64,000 nt of DNA from Chloroflexota bacterium (GCA_026004015.1 BPIH01000001.1:95236-159235); one strand, 5' to 3'; counted from the first letter of the stretch, positions 1 through 10,818 are shown. Notes: generated by a model from the letters alone, not told the origin. Numbers and translations: made by a program.

Positions 1-1590
1 CGGGCGAGGCTCCTCCGGGGCGGCCTGGACGAGCTCGACGCCGTCGCCCGCGCGGCCGGGGTCGAGGGGCGGTCCGAGGGGTCGTGGGCGGACGACTCCA
101 TCGGCGACGCTGAGGCCGAAGGGCCGTCCGGCGCGCCCGAGGTCGACACCATCGACGCCCGCCTGGTCCGGGCTCGCCTCCTCTCCGGCCTCTGCGCGGC
201 CTACATGCTCGACCGTCGCCTCGACGAGTCGATCGAGTACGGCGAGGCCGCCCTCCGTCTCGCCGTCGAGCTCGGCGACGAGGCAACCGAGCTCGACACC
301 CTGGCGACCCTCGGCTCGGACCTCGTCTTCGCCGGCCGGATGGACGAGGGCTGGGCGATGTTCGAGGCGGCCGTCGGCCGAGCGCGCGCGGCGCAGCGCG
401 AGACCGAGGCGGCCCGGACCTACCGGATGATCGGCTCGTGCGCCTCCGTCCTCGTCGAGTACGAGCGCGCCGAGCGCTGGCTCCGCGAGGGGATCGACTA
501 CGCGGAGCGAGTCGAGCTCTGGAACCACCGCCACTACATGGCCGCCCACCTCGGTCACGTCCTCTGGGCCACGGGTCGGTGGGACGAGGGCGAACGGGTG
601 GCCGCCCACGCCCTCGCCGACGGACGGGGCGGCATCACGACCCGGATCACCGCCCTCCACGTCCTCGGCTACGTCGCCCTCGGGCGTGGGGATCTGACCG
701 CGGCCCGCCGGCACCTCGATCAGGCCCGGGAGCTCGGGGAGTCGATGCGCGAGCTCCAGCGGCTCTCTCCCGCGCTCTGGGGACTCGCCGAAGTCGATCT
801 CCTCGCGGGTGACGTGAGCGCCGCGATTGACGGCTCGGAGCGTGGCTTCGCCGCCTCGGCGGTCGTGGCCGACGCGGCCTACCTCTTCCCCTTCCTCGTG
901 ACCGGAACTCGGGCTCGCCTCGCCGCCAGGGACGTCGCGGCTGCCGAGCGTTGGGTGGCCGACGTCTCGGCCGCCCTCCGCCGACGGAGCATCCCGGGTA
1001 CCCTGCCGGCGATCGACCACGCCGTCGGCCTCCTCGCGCTGGCCCGCGGCGCGACCGGGGCCGCCCGCTCGGCCCTCCGAGCTGCCCGGCACGGCTGGCT
1101 CGAACGGACGCGCGTCTGGGAGGGGACGTGGGCCAGCCTTGACCTCGCCCTCGTCGAAACCCGCTCGAACCGACTCGTCGAGGCCGACCGCCTCGTCGCC
1201 GAGGTCCTCGACCTGGCCCGGACCCTCGGGAGCGCTCCGTTGGTAGACCGCGCGGCCGCCCTCGAGCGCCGGATCCGGGCCCGACACCCGACTCCCGACC
1301 CGTGGGCCCCGCTCACGGCCCGGGAGTACGAGATCGCCCGCGCGGTCGCGGGGGGCCGGACGAACGCGGAGATCGCCGCCGAGCTCGGGCTCTCCCCGAA
1401 GACGGTCGCCGCGCACGTCGAGCACATCCTGAACAAGCTCGGCGCGAGTCGGCGGGCGGAGATCGCCGCCTGGGCTACCGCTGCCGCGACCCGGGATGGG
1501 GCCGCCGCTCCCACCGGGCTAGGTCCGAACCAGGGCCGCGACGACCGAACCGCCGGTCGACCCTCCCGGACTGGTGAGGGCCCCGGCTGA
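1..1590 (+). CDS. LuxR-family transcriptional regulator (TPR-like repeats + C-terminal LuxR HTH), 5'-partial
   Basis: Frame is open from base 1. C-terminal 'LTAREYEIARAVAGGRTNAEIAAELGLSPKTVAAHVEHILNKLG' is a LuxR HTH, preceded by Ala/Leu-rich helical repeats. Confidence 0.88.
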   Translation, partial: RARLLRGGLDELDAVARAAGVEGRSEGSWADDSIGDAEAEGPSGAPEVDTIDARLVRARLLSGLCAAYMLDRRLDESIEYGEAALRLAVELGDEATELDTLATLGSDLVFAGRMDEGWAMFEAAVGRARAAQRETEAARTYRMIGSCASVLVEYERAERWLREGIDYAERVELWNHRHYMAAHLGHVLWATGRWDEGERVAAHALADGRGGITTRITALHVLGYVALGRGDLTAARRHLDQARELGESMRELQRLSPALWGLAEVDLLAGDVSAAIDGSERGFAASAVVADAAYLFPFLVTGTRARLAARDVAAAERWVADVSAALRRRSIPGTLPAIDHAVGLLALARGATGAARSALRAARHGWLERTRVWEGTWASLDLALVETRSNRLVEADRLVAEVLDLARTLGSAPLVDRAAALERRIRARHPTPDPWAPLTAREYEIARAVAGGRTNAEIAAELGLSPKTVAAHVEHILNKLGASRRAEIAAWATAAATRDGAAAPTGLGPNQGRDDRTAGRPSRTGEGPG

Positions 1591-1755
1591 TCGGGGGCGG
1601 CCCAGGGTGGGACCTCGTCGCGGCGATACGAGCAGCGGGGTCACCGCAGTCCCCACCACGGCCCGAGTGCCGAAACCCTGAAGCCCCACCAAGGTACGGG
1701 CGACGGACGTATTCGCTGGGCGCCCCTTGGGGGAGGAGCTGACCCGGTCTTTTTT

Positions 1756-1985
1756 CGGTACTCGCGGGGAGAGTGAACCGCCGAAACGGGTTGCCGTTTT
1801 CCACGCCTGCCGCCCGGGGTCCGAGCGTGGCGAGGCGAGCCGGTCCGGATCGCTCGCCGTCCGATCTTCTCGGATCCTCGCCGGGCGAGTAGATCGGAAC
1901 GGTCGTCGACCGGTTCACTCGTCCCAGGAGTAATCGAGAACTCCGGGTGGCTCCGGCGGGCGCGTCACGCTCCCCGCGAGTACCG
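1756..1985. repeat. 21-bp inverted repeat pair flanking a hairpin-rich ~230-bp intergenic segment
   Basis: cggtactcgcggggagagtga (1756-1776) matches the reverse complement of tcacgctccccgcgagtaccg (1965-1985) at 20/21 positions. Degenerate copies lie at ~1664-1675, ~1867-1897 and ~1911-1940. Confidence 0.7.
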
Positions 1986-2040
1986 TGGACAACCGGCCCG
2001 CCGACGGCGACCCCGACGGCCGCTCGGCGGTGTGAGGAGC

Positions 2041-2523
2041 CTACGCGGGACCATCGGGACCGCTGCCGGTTTCGGCGGCTTCGATGGCGGCGATTTTCGC
2101 GAGCCGCCGCCGGTGCCGCTCCTCGCCGCTGAAGCGAGCCCGCAGGAAGGCGAGGGTGCACTCGAGGGCGAGCTCCGGGCCGACGACCCGGCCGCCGAGG
2201 ACGAGGACGTTCAGGTCGTCGTGCTCGACCCCCTGCCGGGCCGAGTACGTGTCGTGGCAGATGGCGGCCCGAATCCCCCGCATCTTGCTCGCCGCCACTG
2301 CCGCGCCGATCCCGCTCCCGCAGACGAGGATCCCCCGCTCGGCGCGACCCGAGCGGATCGCCTCACCGATCGCCTTCGCGTAGTCCGGGTAGTCGTCGCC
2401 GGGGTCCTCGCCGTGGCCGCCGAGATCGACGAGGTCGAGGCCGAGGTCGAGGGCGGCGAGCCTGGCGAGGAGCTCGTCCTTGAGGGCGGCGCCGGCGTGA
2501 TCGGCGGCGAGGGCGACGCGCAT
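2041..2523 (-). CDS. rpiB: Ribose-5-phosphate isomerase B
   Basis: [11 protein letters not shown]...DDYPDYA...[10 protein letters not shown]...[19 protein letters not shown]...RHRRR motifs; ATG at 2523. Confidence 0.95.
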   Translation of the reverse strand: MRVALAADHAGAALKDELLARLAALDLGLDLVDLGGHGEDPGDDYPDYAKAIGEAIRSGRAERGILVCGSGIGAAVAASKMRGIRAAICHDTYSARQGVEHDDLNVLVLGGRVVGPELALECTLAFLRARFSGEERHRRRLAKIAAIEAAETGSGPDGPA

Positions 2524-4626
2524 CAGTGGCTCGGTAGGTGGGCCTCGGCGGCCTCGGGCGGCATCGGGACCCGGCCCCGGAGCCCGTCTCGGACGACCCG
2601 CCGCCCGATCTCGGCGATCCGCTCCGGTGTGAAGCCGAACTTGGCGAGGACCGTCGCCCCCGGCGCCGAGGCGCCGAAGCGGTCGATGGCGACGATGGCC
2701 CCCTGCTCGCCGACCCAGCGCTCCCAGCCGAGGGCGACGCCGGCCTCGACGCTCACCCGCGGGACGCCGGGCGGGAGGACGCCGTCGCGGTAGGCCGCGT
2801 CCTGGGCCTCGAAGCGCTCCCAGCAGGGGAGCGAGACGACCCGGGTCGGGATCCCGTCCGCCTCGAGGCGCTCGGCGGCCGCCATGGCGACGTGGAGCTC
2901 GGACCCCGTGGCGATGAGGACGAGGGCCGGCTTCCCGCCGTTCGCCTCGCTCGATGCCCGCCGGAGGACGTAGCCGCCGCGACGAACTCCCTCCCGGGCG
3001 AGCTCGGCCGTCCCGGGCAGGGTCGGCAGCTTCTGGCGCGAAAGGACGAGGGCGACCGGCCCGCGCGGGGCGTCGAGGTCCCCGTCGGCGGCGTTCCGTT
3101 CGAGGGCGAGGGCCCAGGCCGCGGCCGTCTCGTTGGCGTCGCCCGGGCGGACGACCCAGAGGTTCGGGATCGCCCGGAGGGCGGCGAGGTGCTCGACCGG
3201 CTGGTGGGTCGGCCCGTCCTCGCCGAGCCCGACCGAATCGTGGGTCCAGACGTAGACGACCGGGAGGCCGGCGAGGGCGGCGAGGCGGACCGAGCCGCGC
3301 ATGTAGTCGCTGAAGGTGAGGAACGTCCCGACGAAGGGCCGGAGGCCGCCGTGGTAGGCGATCCCGTTCGCGGCCGCCCCCATGGCGTGCTCGCGGACCC
3401 CGAAGCGGATGTTCCGGCCGGCCTCGTCGGCGGTGAGGACGCCGCCGTCGGGGATGTCGGTCAGGTTCGACTCGGAGAGGTCGGCCGAGCCGCCGATGAG
3501 CTCCGGGACGACGGGCGCCAGGGCGGCGATGGCGTGTTGGCTCGCCTGGCGGGTGGCGAAGTCCTCGCCAACGGCGTAGACGCGAAGGGCCTTCCCCCAT
3601 CCTTCCGGGAGCCGGCCGGCGAAGCGGCGGCGGAACTCGGCGGCGAGGTCCGGGTAGTCGCGCTCGTAGCGGGCGAAGCGCTCCTCCCAGACCGAGACGA
3701 GCTGCTCGCCCCGCGGAATCGCCTCCCGGAAGTGGGCGAGGACGTCGTCGGGGACGTAGAAGTGTCGGTCCGGGTCCCAGCCGTAGGCCTGCTTCGTCAG
3801 CCGGACCTCCTCCTCGCCGAGGGGTGCGCCGTGGGCCTTGTGGGAGTCCTGCTTGTTCGGGCTGCCGTAGCCGATGTGGGTCCGGACGGCGATGAGGGAG
3901 GGGAGGTCGTCGGCCCGCGCCCGTTCGATCGCGGCGGCGATGGCCTCGACGTTCGTCCCGTCTTCGACCCGGTCGACCTGCCAGCGGTACGCCTCGAAGC
4001 GGGCCAGGACGTCCTCGCTCCAGGCCATCGAGGTCGGGCCGTCGAGCTGGATCTTGTTGTCGTCGTAGAGGACGATGAGCTTGCCGAGCCGGAGGTGGCC
4101 GGCCAGCGAGCAGGCCTCCGAGGCGACGCCCTCCTGGAGGTCGCCGTCGGAGGCGATGACGTACGTCCAGTGGTCGACGATGTCGTGGCCGGGCCGGTTG
4201 AACTCGGCGGCGAGTCGCCGCTCGGCGATCGCCATCCCGACGGCGTTCGAGATCCCCTGACCCAAGGGCCCGGTCGTCGCCTCGACGCCCGGCGTCAAGC
4301 CGTACTCCGGGTGGCCCGGCGTCCGGCTCCCCCACTGACGAAAGGCCATGAGCTCCTCGAGCTCGAGGCCGTAGCCGGTCAGGTAGAGGAGCGAGTAGAG
4401 GAGCATCGAGGCGTGCCCGGCCGAGAGGACGAAGCGGTCGCGGTCGGGCCAGTCGGGGCGGGTCGGGCGCGTGGCGGAGGAACCGGGTCCAGAGGGCGTA
4501 GGCCATCGGGGCCGCCCCCATCGGCGAGCCCGGGTGGCCGGAGTTCGCCTTCTGGACCGCGTCGATGGAGAGGGTCCGGATCGTGTCGATGGCGAGGCGT
4601 TCGAGGGACGGCGCGGCGATCGTCAT
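2523..4626 (-). CDS. tkt: Transketolase (one frameshift near 4467)
   Basis: N-terminus '[18 protein letters not shown]' lies in one frame. The remainder ([38 protein letters not shown]) lies in ORF 2523..4406. Confidence 0.95.
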
Positions 4627-4741
4627 GCGGGCAGGCTCCAGGGTGTCAGGGGGTCGCGCCGATTGTACGCCAGCCCGGTGGCCTCCCCGGGGGCGGGGCT
4701 GTTGGGGAGCCGCGTCGGACGGCCAACATTCCAGGTAGTCT

Positions 4742-4771
4742 TTGACAATCTTAGAGAGCTTTGGATAGATT
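4742..4771 (+). promoter_or_regulatory. Sigma70-type promoter of the heme operon (probably leaderless)
   Basis: TTGACA (4742-4747), 18-nt spacer, TAGATT (4766-4771), then ATG at 4779; AT-rich patch in GC-rich DNA. Confidence 0.7.
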
Positions 4772-4778
4772 CGGACCC

Positions 4779-5630
4779 ATGCCAGGAAACCGTTCGGAGG
4801 CCGGATCGGGTTCGACCGCCGGGCCGAGCACCGCGACGAGACGAACACGCACCGCGCAGGCGACCCGATCGCCGGGGAGCGAGGGCTCGGGTTGGGTCTC
4901 CCTCGGCGAGGCGAGTCGCCTCCTCGGGATCTCGCCGGGCACCCTCAGGCGCTGGGCCGACGCGGGTCGTCTGCCCGTCTTTACGACCCCGGGCGGACAT
5001 CGCCGCTTTCCCCGCCAGGCCCTCCGCGCCCTGCTGCCGGCCTCGCGCCCCCGCCGCCCGTCCCTCGCTCGGCTCGGCGCCTCCCCTGAGCGGATCGCCC
5101 GAGCCTACCGACCACGACGGCATCCGCCGGCCGAAGCTGCCGGGCCCGATCCGATCCTCGGTCGACTCTCGGACGAGGACCGGACCCGCTTCCGGGAGCG
5201 GGGCCGGCGGCTGGTCGGACTTCTCCTCGAGCACCTCGACGCCCCGGATCGGGAGACGCGGGCCCTAACCCTCCAGGAGGCTCGACAGGTGGCGGCCGAG
5301 CACGGCCGCGTGCTGGCTGACCTCGGGCTGTCGCTGACCGACGCCGTCGCCGCCTTCCTCCGCTTCCGGACCCCCTTCCTCACCGAGCTCGCCGCCCTCG
5401 CCCGGCGGCGGAACCTCGACACGAGGGAGGCGACGGTGCTCCTGACCGACGCCGACCGAGCGACGGACAGCCTCCTCGTGGCGATGATGACGGGCCACAC
5501 CCTCGCCACCGGTCAGCGACTCGTGGAGACCGGTCGCCTCGGGCGGAGCCGAGCTCGGGGGAGCCACGCGGGGGATGGTCCCTCGCGCGGGATCGACGCC
5601 ACCCGCCGGGTCGACTCGGCCGAAGGCTGA
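4779..5630 (+). CDS. MerR/excisionase-like HTH protein with a C-terminal helical (possibly RsbRD-N/globin-like) domain
   Basis: '[39 protein letters not shown]' is an HTH_17/MerR-like motif. The C-terminal '[23 protein letters not shown]' segment is helical. Confidence 0.8.
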   Translation: MPGNRSEAGSGSTAGPSTATRRTRTAQATRSPGSEGSGWVSLGEASRLLGISPGTLRRWADAGRLPVFTTPGGHRRFPRQALRALLPASRPRRPSLARLGASPERIARAYRPRRHPPAEAAGPDPILGRLSDEDRTRFRERGRRLVGLLLEHLDAPDRETRALTLQEARQVAAEHGRVLADLGLSLTDAVAAFLRFRTPFLTELAALARRRNLDTREATVLLTDADRATDSLLVAMMTGHTLATGQRLVETGRLGRSRARGSHAGDGPSRGIDATRRVDSAEG

Positions 5631-5639
5631 GCCGTCGAG

Positions 5640-6995
5640 ATGGCCGATCTCCGGCGTCCACGGTTCGACTCGCCCCTCGCCCCGGCCGCGGCATCGGTTA
5701 CCGGCCTGGCCGCGTCTCGCTCGGTGCTCGGCAGGGAGGGTCGGAGCCGGCGGGACGGCTCGGACTGGCCGTGGGTCGTCGCCGCCAGGGCCGGTCGGGC
5801 GACGGCCGAGGAGCGGGCGCGCTTCCTCGGTCGGATTCAGGAGGGCGGTCTCGACCGGGGTCGGGTCGTCGTCGCCACCTGCCACCGGGTCGAGCTCTTC
5901 GGCATCGGCGAGCCGCCCGAGCCGGAGATCGCGGCCGGCTTTCCCTGGCGGGGGCTCGAGGTCGGCCGCGGCCCGGAGGCTGCCCGGCATGCGCTGCGGC
6001 TCGCCGTCGGCCTCGAGAGCGTCGTCCTCGGCGAGGAGCAGGTCCTCGGACAGGTTCGGGAGGCCCTTGCGGCGGCTCGACGGCGGGGGCCCCTCGACCC
6101 GCGCCTCGACCGCCTCTTTCAGATCGCCCTTCGGATCGGCCGGGCCGCCCGGGCCGACGGTCGACGGACGACGGACGGGCTCGCTCGCCGAGCCGTGGCG
6201 GCCCTCGCCCGCCGCCTCGGCTCCTCGGACGGACGCCTGAGTGGCCGTCGGATCCTCGTCGTCGGGACAGGGACGATGGGCCGACTCCTCGCCGTCGGCG
6301 TCCTGCGAGCCGGGGCGGAGCTCATCCTCGCCAGCCGCCATCCGGCCCGGGCTCGAGCCCTCCTCGAGGCCGTGGAGGCGAGGGGCGAGGCGCTCGACCT
6401 CGAGGGGGCCGCGGTGCGCTGGTCGGAGGGCCGCCTCGACGGGGTCCTCGTCGCGCTCGCCGGCCCGTGGACGGCGATCGCCCGGGAGACGGCAACCGAC
6501 CGGGAGGTTGATCGGGGCGGCGGACCCGGACGGCTCGCGCCGGTGGTCGACCTCTCGGCCCCGAGCGCGCTCCCGGAGGGGCTTCAGAAGCGGCTTGGGC
6601 GAGGGTTCATCGGGATCGACGACCTGGCCGAGGAATCGGGCGACGCGACGCCGCCCGGAGCCGGGGATTCGGCGGGGCCAGCGGAACTGACGGCCGAGCG
6701 CGCCTTTCGGGATCGGGCGGAGGCCCTCGTCTCCGAGGGGCTGGCGGCCTACCGGAGCTGGCTCATGGCCCGGGCCGCCGGGGAGACGATTCGAGCCCTG
6801 CAGGACGAGGCCGAGGCGATCCGGCTGGCCGAGCTCGAGGCCCTCTTCCGGCGCCTTCCCGACCTCGATCCCCGGGCCCGCGACCTGATCAACCTCCACT
6901 CCCGGCGGACCGTAGCCAGGCTCCTCCACCCCCTCGTCCGGGAGCTGCGGGGAGGCGACCCCGGCGACGGGGCGCGGAAGCCATCGGGCCGGTGA
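5640..6995 (+). CDS. hemA: Glutamyl-tRNA reductase
   Basis: 'TCHRVE' catalytic Cys motif, 'GLESVVLGEEQVLGQVREA', NADPH-binding 'VVGTGTMG'. Confidence 0.88.
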   Translation: MADLRRPRFDSPLAPAAASVTGLAASRSVLGREGRSRRDGSDWPWVVAARAGRATAEERARFLGRIQEGGLDRGRVVVATCHRVELFGIGEPPEPEIAAGFPWRGLEVGRGPEAARHALRLAVGLESVVLGEEQVLGQVREALAAARRRGPLDPRLDRLFQIALRIGRAARADGRRTTDGLARRAVAALARRLGSSDGRLSGRRILVVGTGTMGRLLAVGVLRAGAELILASRHPARARALLEAVEARGEALDLEGAAVRWSEGRLDGVLVALAGPWTAIARETATDREVDRGGGPGRLAPVVDLSAPSALPEGLQKRLGRGFIGIDDLAEESGDATPPGAGDSAGPAELTAERAFRDRAEALVSEGLAAYRSWLMARAAGETIRALQDEAEAIRLAELEALFRRLPDLDPRARDLINLHSRRTVARLLHPLVRELRGGDPGDGARKPSGR

Positions 6996-8071
6996 CGATG
7001 CCTTCGCCCAAGGCCGACCCGCGACGGCTCCGGGTCGGGACCCGCGGTTCGGCCCTCGCCCGATGTCAGACGGCGCTCGTCGTCGAGCGGCTCGGCGCTC
7101 TCGGCTGGCAGACCGAGCTCGTGCCCATCGTGACGGCCGGCGATCGCCGACCGCCCGACACGGCCTGGGGCGAGGGGGCCTTCGTCGGCGCCCTCCGCGA
7201 GGCGCTCCTCGACGGCGCCATCGACCTCGCCGTCCACAGCGCCAAGGACGTCCCCCTCGACGGCCCGTCGGACCTCGCCATCGCCGCCTACCTCGATCGG
7301 CAGGATCCGCGGGACGCCCTCGTCCTCCGGGCCGAGGGGCGGGCGGGGGCCGCCGACCGAGGGGGGGTCGCCGACCAAGGGGAGGCTCCCCCGGCGGGTC
7401 TGCCGCGGGGAGCTCGGGTCGGGACCGACAGCCCGCGGCGGGCCGGCTTCCTCCGGGCGGCACGCCCCGACCTGAGGATCGTCCCCCTCCACGGCAACGT
7501 CGACACTCGGCTCCGACGCCTCGACGCGGGCGAGGTCGACGCCCTCGTCCTCGCCGCCGTCGGCCTCGTCCGGCTCGGTCGGGCCGACCGGATCACGGCC
7601 TGGCTTCCCCTCGACCTCGTTCCGCCGGCGCCGGGTCAGGGGGCGCTCGCCGTCGAGGTGCGCGCTGGTGCCGGGGACCCGAGCCGGGCCGGCCGCACGG
7701 GCACGGCCGCCCGTTCGAGCACCGCCGCCCCCGTCGACGCCCTGGCTGCCCTCGACGAGCCGTCCGTTCGGCGCGCAGTCGAGGCCGAACGGCTCGTCCT
7801 CGCCCTCCTCGGTGGCGGCTGCCGGGCTCCCATCGGCGTCGCCGCTCGGATCGAAGCGGACGGCGGGGCCGGCCGTGGCGACGAAGCGGGCGTCATCGAG
7901 ATCCTGGCCGGGGTCGTCGAGCCGGACGGTCGAGACCGCCGGGTCGTCGTCCGGCGGGGACCCGTCACCGACTGGGTGGCCGTCGCCGCCGAGGTCGCCG
8001 ACCTCCTCCGGCCGGGGTCACGGCCGCCTCGCGCGGCCGCTGCCGTCCTCGAGACGAGGGGAGGCCGCTGA
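6992..8071 (+). CDS. hemC: Hydroxymethylbilane synthase (porphobilinogen deaminase)
   Basis: 'GTRGSALA', 'AVHSAKDVP', 'GNVDTRLRRL', 'PAPGQGAL', 'GGGCRAPIG'. Confidence 0.95.
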   Translation: MTMPSPKADPRRLRVGTRGSALARCQTALVVERLGALGWQTELVPIVTAGDRRPPDTAWGEGAFVGALREALLDGAIDLAVHSAKDVPLDGPSDLAIAAYLDRQDPRDALVLRAEGRAGAADRGGVADQGEAPPAGLPRGARVGTDSPRRAGFLRAARPDLRIVPLHGNVDTRLRRLDAGEVDALVLAAVGLVRLGRADRITAWLPLDLVPPAPGQGALAVEVRAGAGDPSRAGRTGTAARSSTAAPVDALAALDEPSVRRAVEAERLVLALLGGGCRAPIGVAARIEADGGAGRGDEAGVIEILAGVVEPDGRDRRVVVRRGPVTDWVAVAAEVADLLRPGSRPPRAAAAVLETRGGR

Positions 8072-8934
8072 TGCCCCCCTCGCCGACCGTCCTCGTCACC
8101 GCCGACCCGTCGGCCCGGGGTCCCCTCGTTCGCGCCCTCCGCCGGTTCGGCGTCGGGGTCCGGTGCGTGCCTACGGTGACTCTTCTCCCTGTCCGGCCGA
8201 GGACGCCCGGGGGCGAAGCCCTCGACGCGGCCCTCCGGCTCGCTCCTCGAGCGGCGCGCCTCGTCGTCACGAGCCCCCGCGGTGCGCGGATCGTCCTCGG
8301 ACGGCTCGCCGCCCTCGGCGTCGACCCGAGGCGTCTCCGGTGGGCGGCGGTCGGTCGGTCGACGGCCCGGTCGCTCCGCGACGCCGGCGTCCTCGACGTC
8401 CTCGTGCCGGCGACCGCCGACGGGGCGTCCCTCGCCGAGGCCATCGCCGCTGCGGACGTGCTCCCAGGCGCGACGGTCGTCCTCGCCCGCGCGAGTGCCG
8501 CCGCCGGTGACCTGCCCGCCCGGCTCGCCGCCGCCGGGGCTCGGGTCGTCGAGGCCGTCGCCTACCGGACCGTCGAGGGCCCGAACCGCTCGCGGGCGAC
8601 CCTCGGCCGGGCCCTCGCCGATCCCGGCCTCTCCGCCGTCGTCTTCGCTTCCGGTTCGGCTGTCCGTGGGCTCCGGAGCCTGGCGACGAGCCCCGACCTC
8701 GCCCGGGCGCGCGACCTTCCGGCGGTCGTCATCGGTCCCCGAACGGCCGCCGTCGCCCGAGCCGAAGGCTTCGCCCGGATCGTCGTTGCCGCCGAGCCGA
8801 GCCCGACCGCCCTCGCCCGAGCCGTCGTCGCCGTCGTCGGGGAGCGGTCGTCGGCCGACGGCGAGCCGGCGGCCGAAGCTCCTGTCCTCCCGGAGCCCCT
8901 CCTGGAGCCGCACTGGAGGCCCATCGCCCGATGA
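8071..8934 (+). CDS. hemD: Uroporphyrinogen-III synthase
   Basis: ATG overlaps the hemC stop; motifs 'VVTSPRG', 'AAVGRSTA', 'AYRT', 'FASGSAV', 'VIGPRTA'. Confidence 0.88.
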   Translation: MPPSPTVLVTADPSARGPLVRALRRFGVGVRCVPTVTLLPVRPRTPGGEALDAALRLAPRAARLVVTSPRGARIVLGRLAALGVDPRRLRWAAVGRSTARSLRDAGVLDVLVPATADGASLAEAIAAADVLPGATVVLARASAAAGDLPARLAAAGARVVEAVAYRTVEGPNRSRATLGRALADPGLSAVVFASGSAVRGLRSLATSPDLARARDLPAVVIGPRTAAVARAEGFARIVVAAEPSPTALARAVVAVVGERSSADGEPAAEAPVLPEPLLEPHWRPIAR

Positions 8935-9974
8935 TCACCGATCTCGTCACCCGATCCGACCACCCTGCCGCCCCAGACCCCACCCGGTCGGACCTCGCCG
9001 ACCACCGCCACCGGCCCCGTCGGCTCCGCCGGAGCCCGGCCCTCCGCCGCCTCGCCCGGGAAACCCGGCTCCACCCGGCCCAGCTCATCGCGCCGCTCTT
9101 CGTCCTGCCCGGCCGCGACCGCGAGGAGCCGATCGCCTCGGTCCCCGGCCACGCCCGGCTCAGCCCCGACCGCGCCCTTCGCCGGGCGACGGAGCTCGCC
9201 GAACTCGGCGTCGGGGGCGTCCTCCTCTTCGGCCTCCCGGCGGCCAAGGACCCCGAAGGTCGAGCGGCGGCCGATCCCGACGGCCCGGTGCCCGAGACCC
9301 TCCGCCGCCTCCGCGACGCGGGCCTCCCCCTCGTCAGCGTCGCCGACGTCTGCCTCTGCGAGTACACGACCCACGGCCATTGCGGGGTCGTCGTCGGCGG
9401 CGAGATCGCCAACGACCCGAGCCTCCCCCGGCTCGTCGAGGCGGCCGTCGCCTACGCCACGGCCGGAGCCGACGTCGTCGCCCCCTCGGCCATGCTCGAC
9501 GGGCAGGTGGCCGCCATCCGGGCCGGGCTCGATGCGGCCGGCCATACGGGCACCGCCATCCTCGCCTACGCCTCGAAGCACGCCTCCGCCCTCTACGCCC
9601 CGTTCCGCGAGGCGGCCGATTCGGCGCCCGCCTTCGGGGACCGACGGAGCTACCAGCTCGACCCGGCGAACGGGCGGGCCGCCCTCCGGGAGCTGGCCCT
9701 CGACGCGGCCGAGGGGGCCGACGCGCTCATGGTCAAACCGGCCCTCACCTCCCTCGACCTCCTCGCCCGGGCCCGGGAGCGGTTCGATCTCCCCCTCGCC
9801 GCGTACCACGTGTCCGGCGAGGTGGCGATGCTCGAGGCGGCGGCCGAGCGGGGCTGGCTTGACCGGCGAGCCGTCGGGCTCGAGCAGCTGACGGCCATCG
9901 TCCGGGCCGGCGCCGACTGGATCGTCACGTACCTTGCCGCCGATGCAGCCCGCTGGCTCGCCGAGGAGCGCTAG
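8931..9974 (+). CDS. hemB: Porphobilinogen synthase (ALA dehydratase)
   Basis: 'RPRRLR', 'DVCLCEYTTHGHCG' zinc site, 'YAPFREAA', 'SYQLDP', 'MVKPA'. Confidence 0.97.
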   Translation: MITDLVTRSDHPAAPDPTRSDLADHRHRPRRLRRSPALRRLARETRLHPAQLIAPLFVLPGRDREEPIASVPGHARLSPDRALRRATELAELGVGGVLLFGLPAAKDPEGRAAADPDGPVPETLRRLRDAGLPLVSVADVCLCEYTTHGHCGVVVGGEIANDPSLPRLVEAAVAYATAGADVVAPSAMLDGQVAAIRAGLDAAGHTGTAILAYASKHASALYAPFREAADSAPAFGDRRSYQLDPANGRAALRELALDAAEGADALMVKPALTSLDLLARARERFDLPLAAYHVSGEVAMLEAAAERGWLDRRAVGLEQLTAIVRAGADWIVTYLAADAARWLAEER

Positions 9975-10053
9975 CCGTGATCCTCGACCCGAGGCTCAGT
10001 CACCCTCGCCGCCCGGGCTCGCGACCAGGGCTCCCACCGGAGGTTCTCGAGAC

Positions 10054-10818
10054 ATGAGCGTCACCTTCGTCCACGCCCTCGCCCTCGGCCTCGATCCGGC
10101 CTGGCGCCGCCGCCCGAGCGCGGAGCGCGCCGCCGACGGCCGGGCCTTCGCCGCCGCCCTCGACGCCGTGCCGGAGGTCCGGACGGTGCCGTATTCGATG
10201 ATCGGCCTCCAGGCCGGCATCGACCTCCTCCTCTGGCGAACCGGCCCCGCCCTCGACCGCCTCGAGGAGGCGGCGGCCGCCCTCCTCCGCTCGCCCCTCG
10301 GCGGCTGGCTCGTGGTTCGGGAGTCGTTCCTCGGTCGGACCGGTTCGTCCCAGTACGTCAGCCGGCCGAGCAGCCAGGAGCAGGCGATCCTCGAGGGCGA
10401 ACGGCTCCGCTACCTCGTCGCCTACCCGTTCACGAAGAGCACCGACTGGTACCTCATGTCGCGCGAGGCCCGCCAGGGGGTGATGAACGAGCACATCCGG
10501 GTGGGGCGGGCGTTTCCCCAGGTTCGCCAGCTCCTCGCCTACAGCTTCGGCCTCGACGACCCGGACTTCCTCGTCGCCTACGAAACCGACGACCTCGTCG
10601 CCTTCGGCGACCTCGTCCACGCCCTGCGGGCGACGGAGGCCCGCCGCTCGACGGTTCGGGACACGCCGATCCTCGCCGCCGTCCAGCGGCCCATGGAGGA
10701 GATCCTCGCCCTCCTCGGGGCGGCCCCCGAGGCGCGTGCCGCCGAGCCGTCGGCCCCGCGGGCGCGGACCGTCGCCGCTCGCTCCGCGGCCGACGTCGAA
10801 GTCGGGGTGGCCCGATGA
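10054..10818 (+). CDS. chdC: Chlorite-dismutase-family protein, probable coproheme decarboxylase (ChdC/HemQ)
   Basis: 'YPFTKSTDWY', 'MNEHIRVG' (proximal His), 'VRQLLAYSFGLDD' with Gln rather than the Cld distal Arg; located inside the heme operon. GGAGG RBS lies upstream of ATG 10054. Confidence 0.8.
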   Translation: MSVTFVHALALGLDPAWRRRPSAERAADGRAFAAALDAVPEVRTVPYSMIGLQAGIDLLLWRTGPALDRLEEAAAALLRSPLGGWLVVRESFLGRTGSSQYVSRPSSQEQAILEGERLRYLVAYPFTKSTDWYLMSREARQGVMNEHIRVGRAFPQVRQLLAYSFGLDDPDFLVAYETDDLVAFGDLVHALRATEARRSTVRDTPILAAVQRPMEEILALLGAAPEARAAEPSAPRARTVAARSAADVEVGVAR

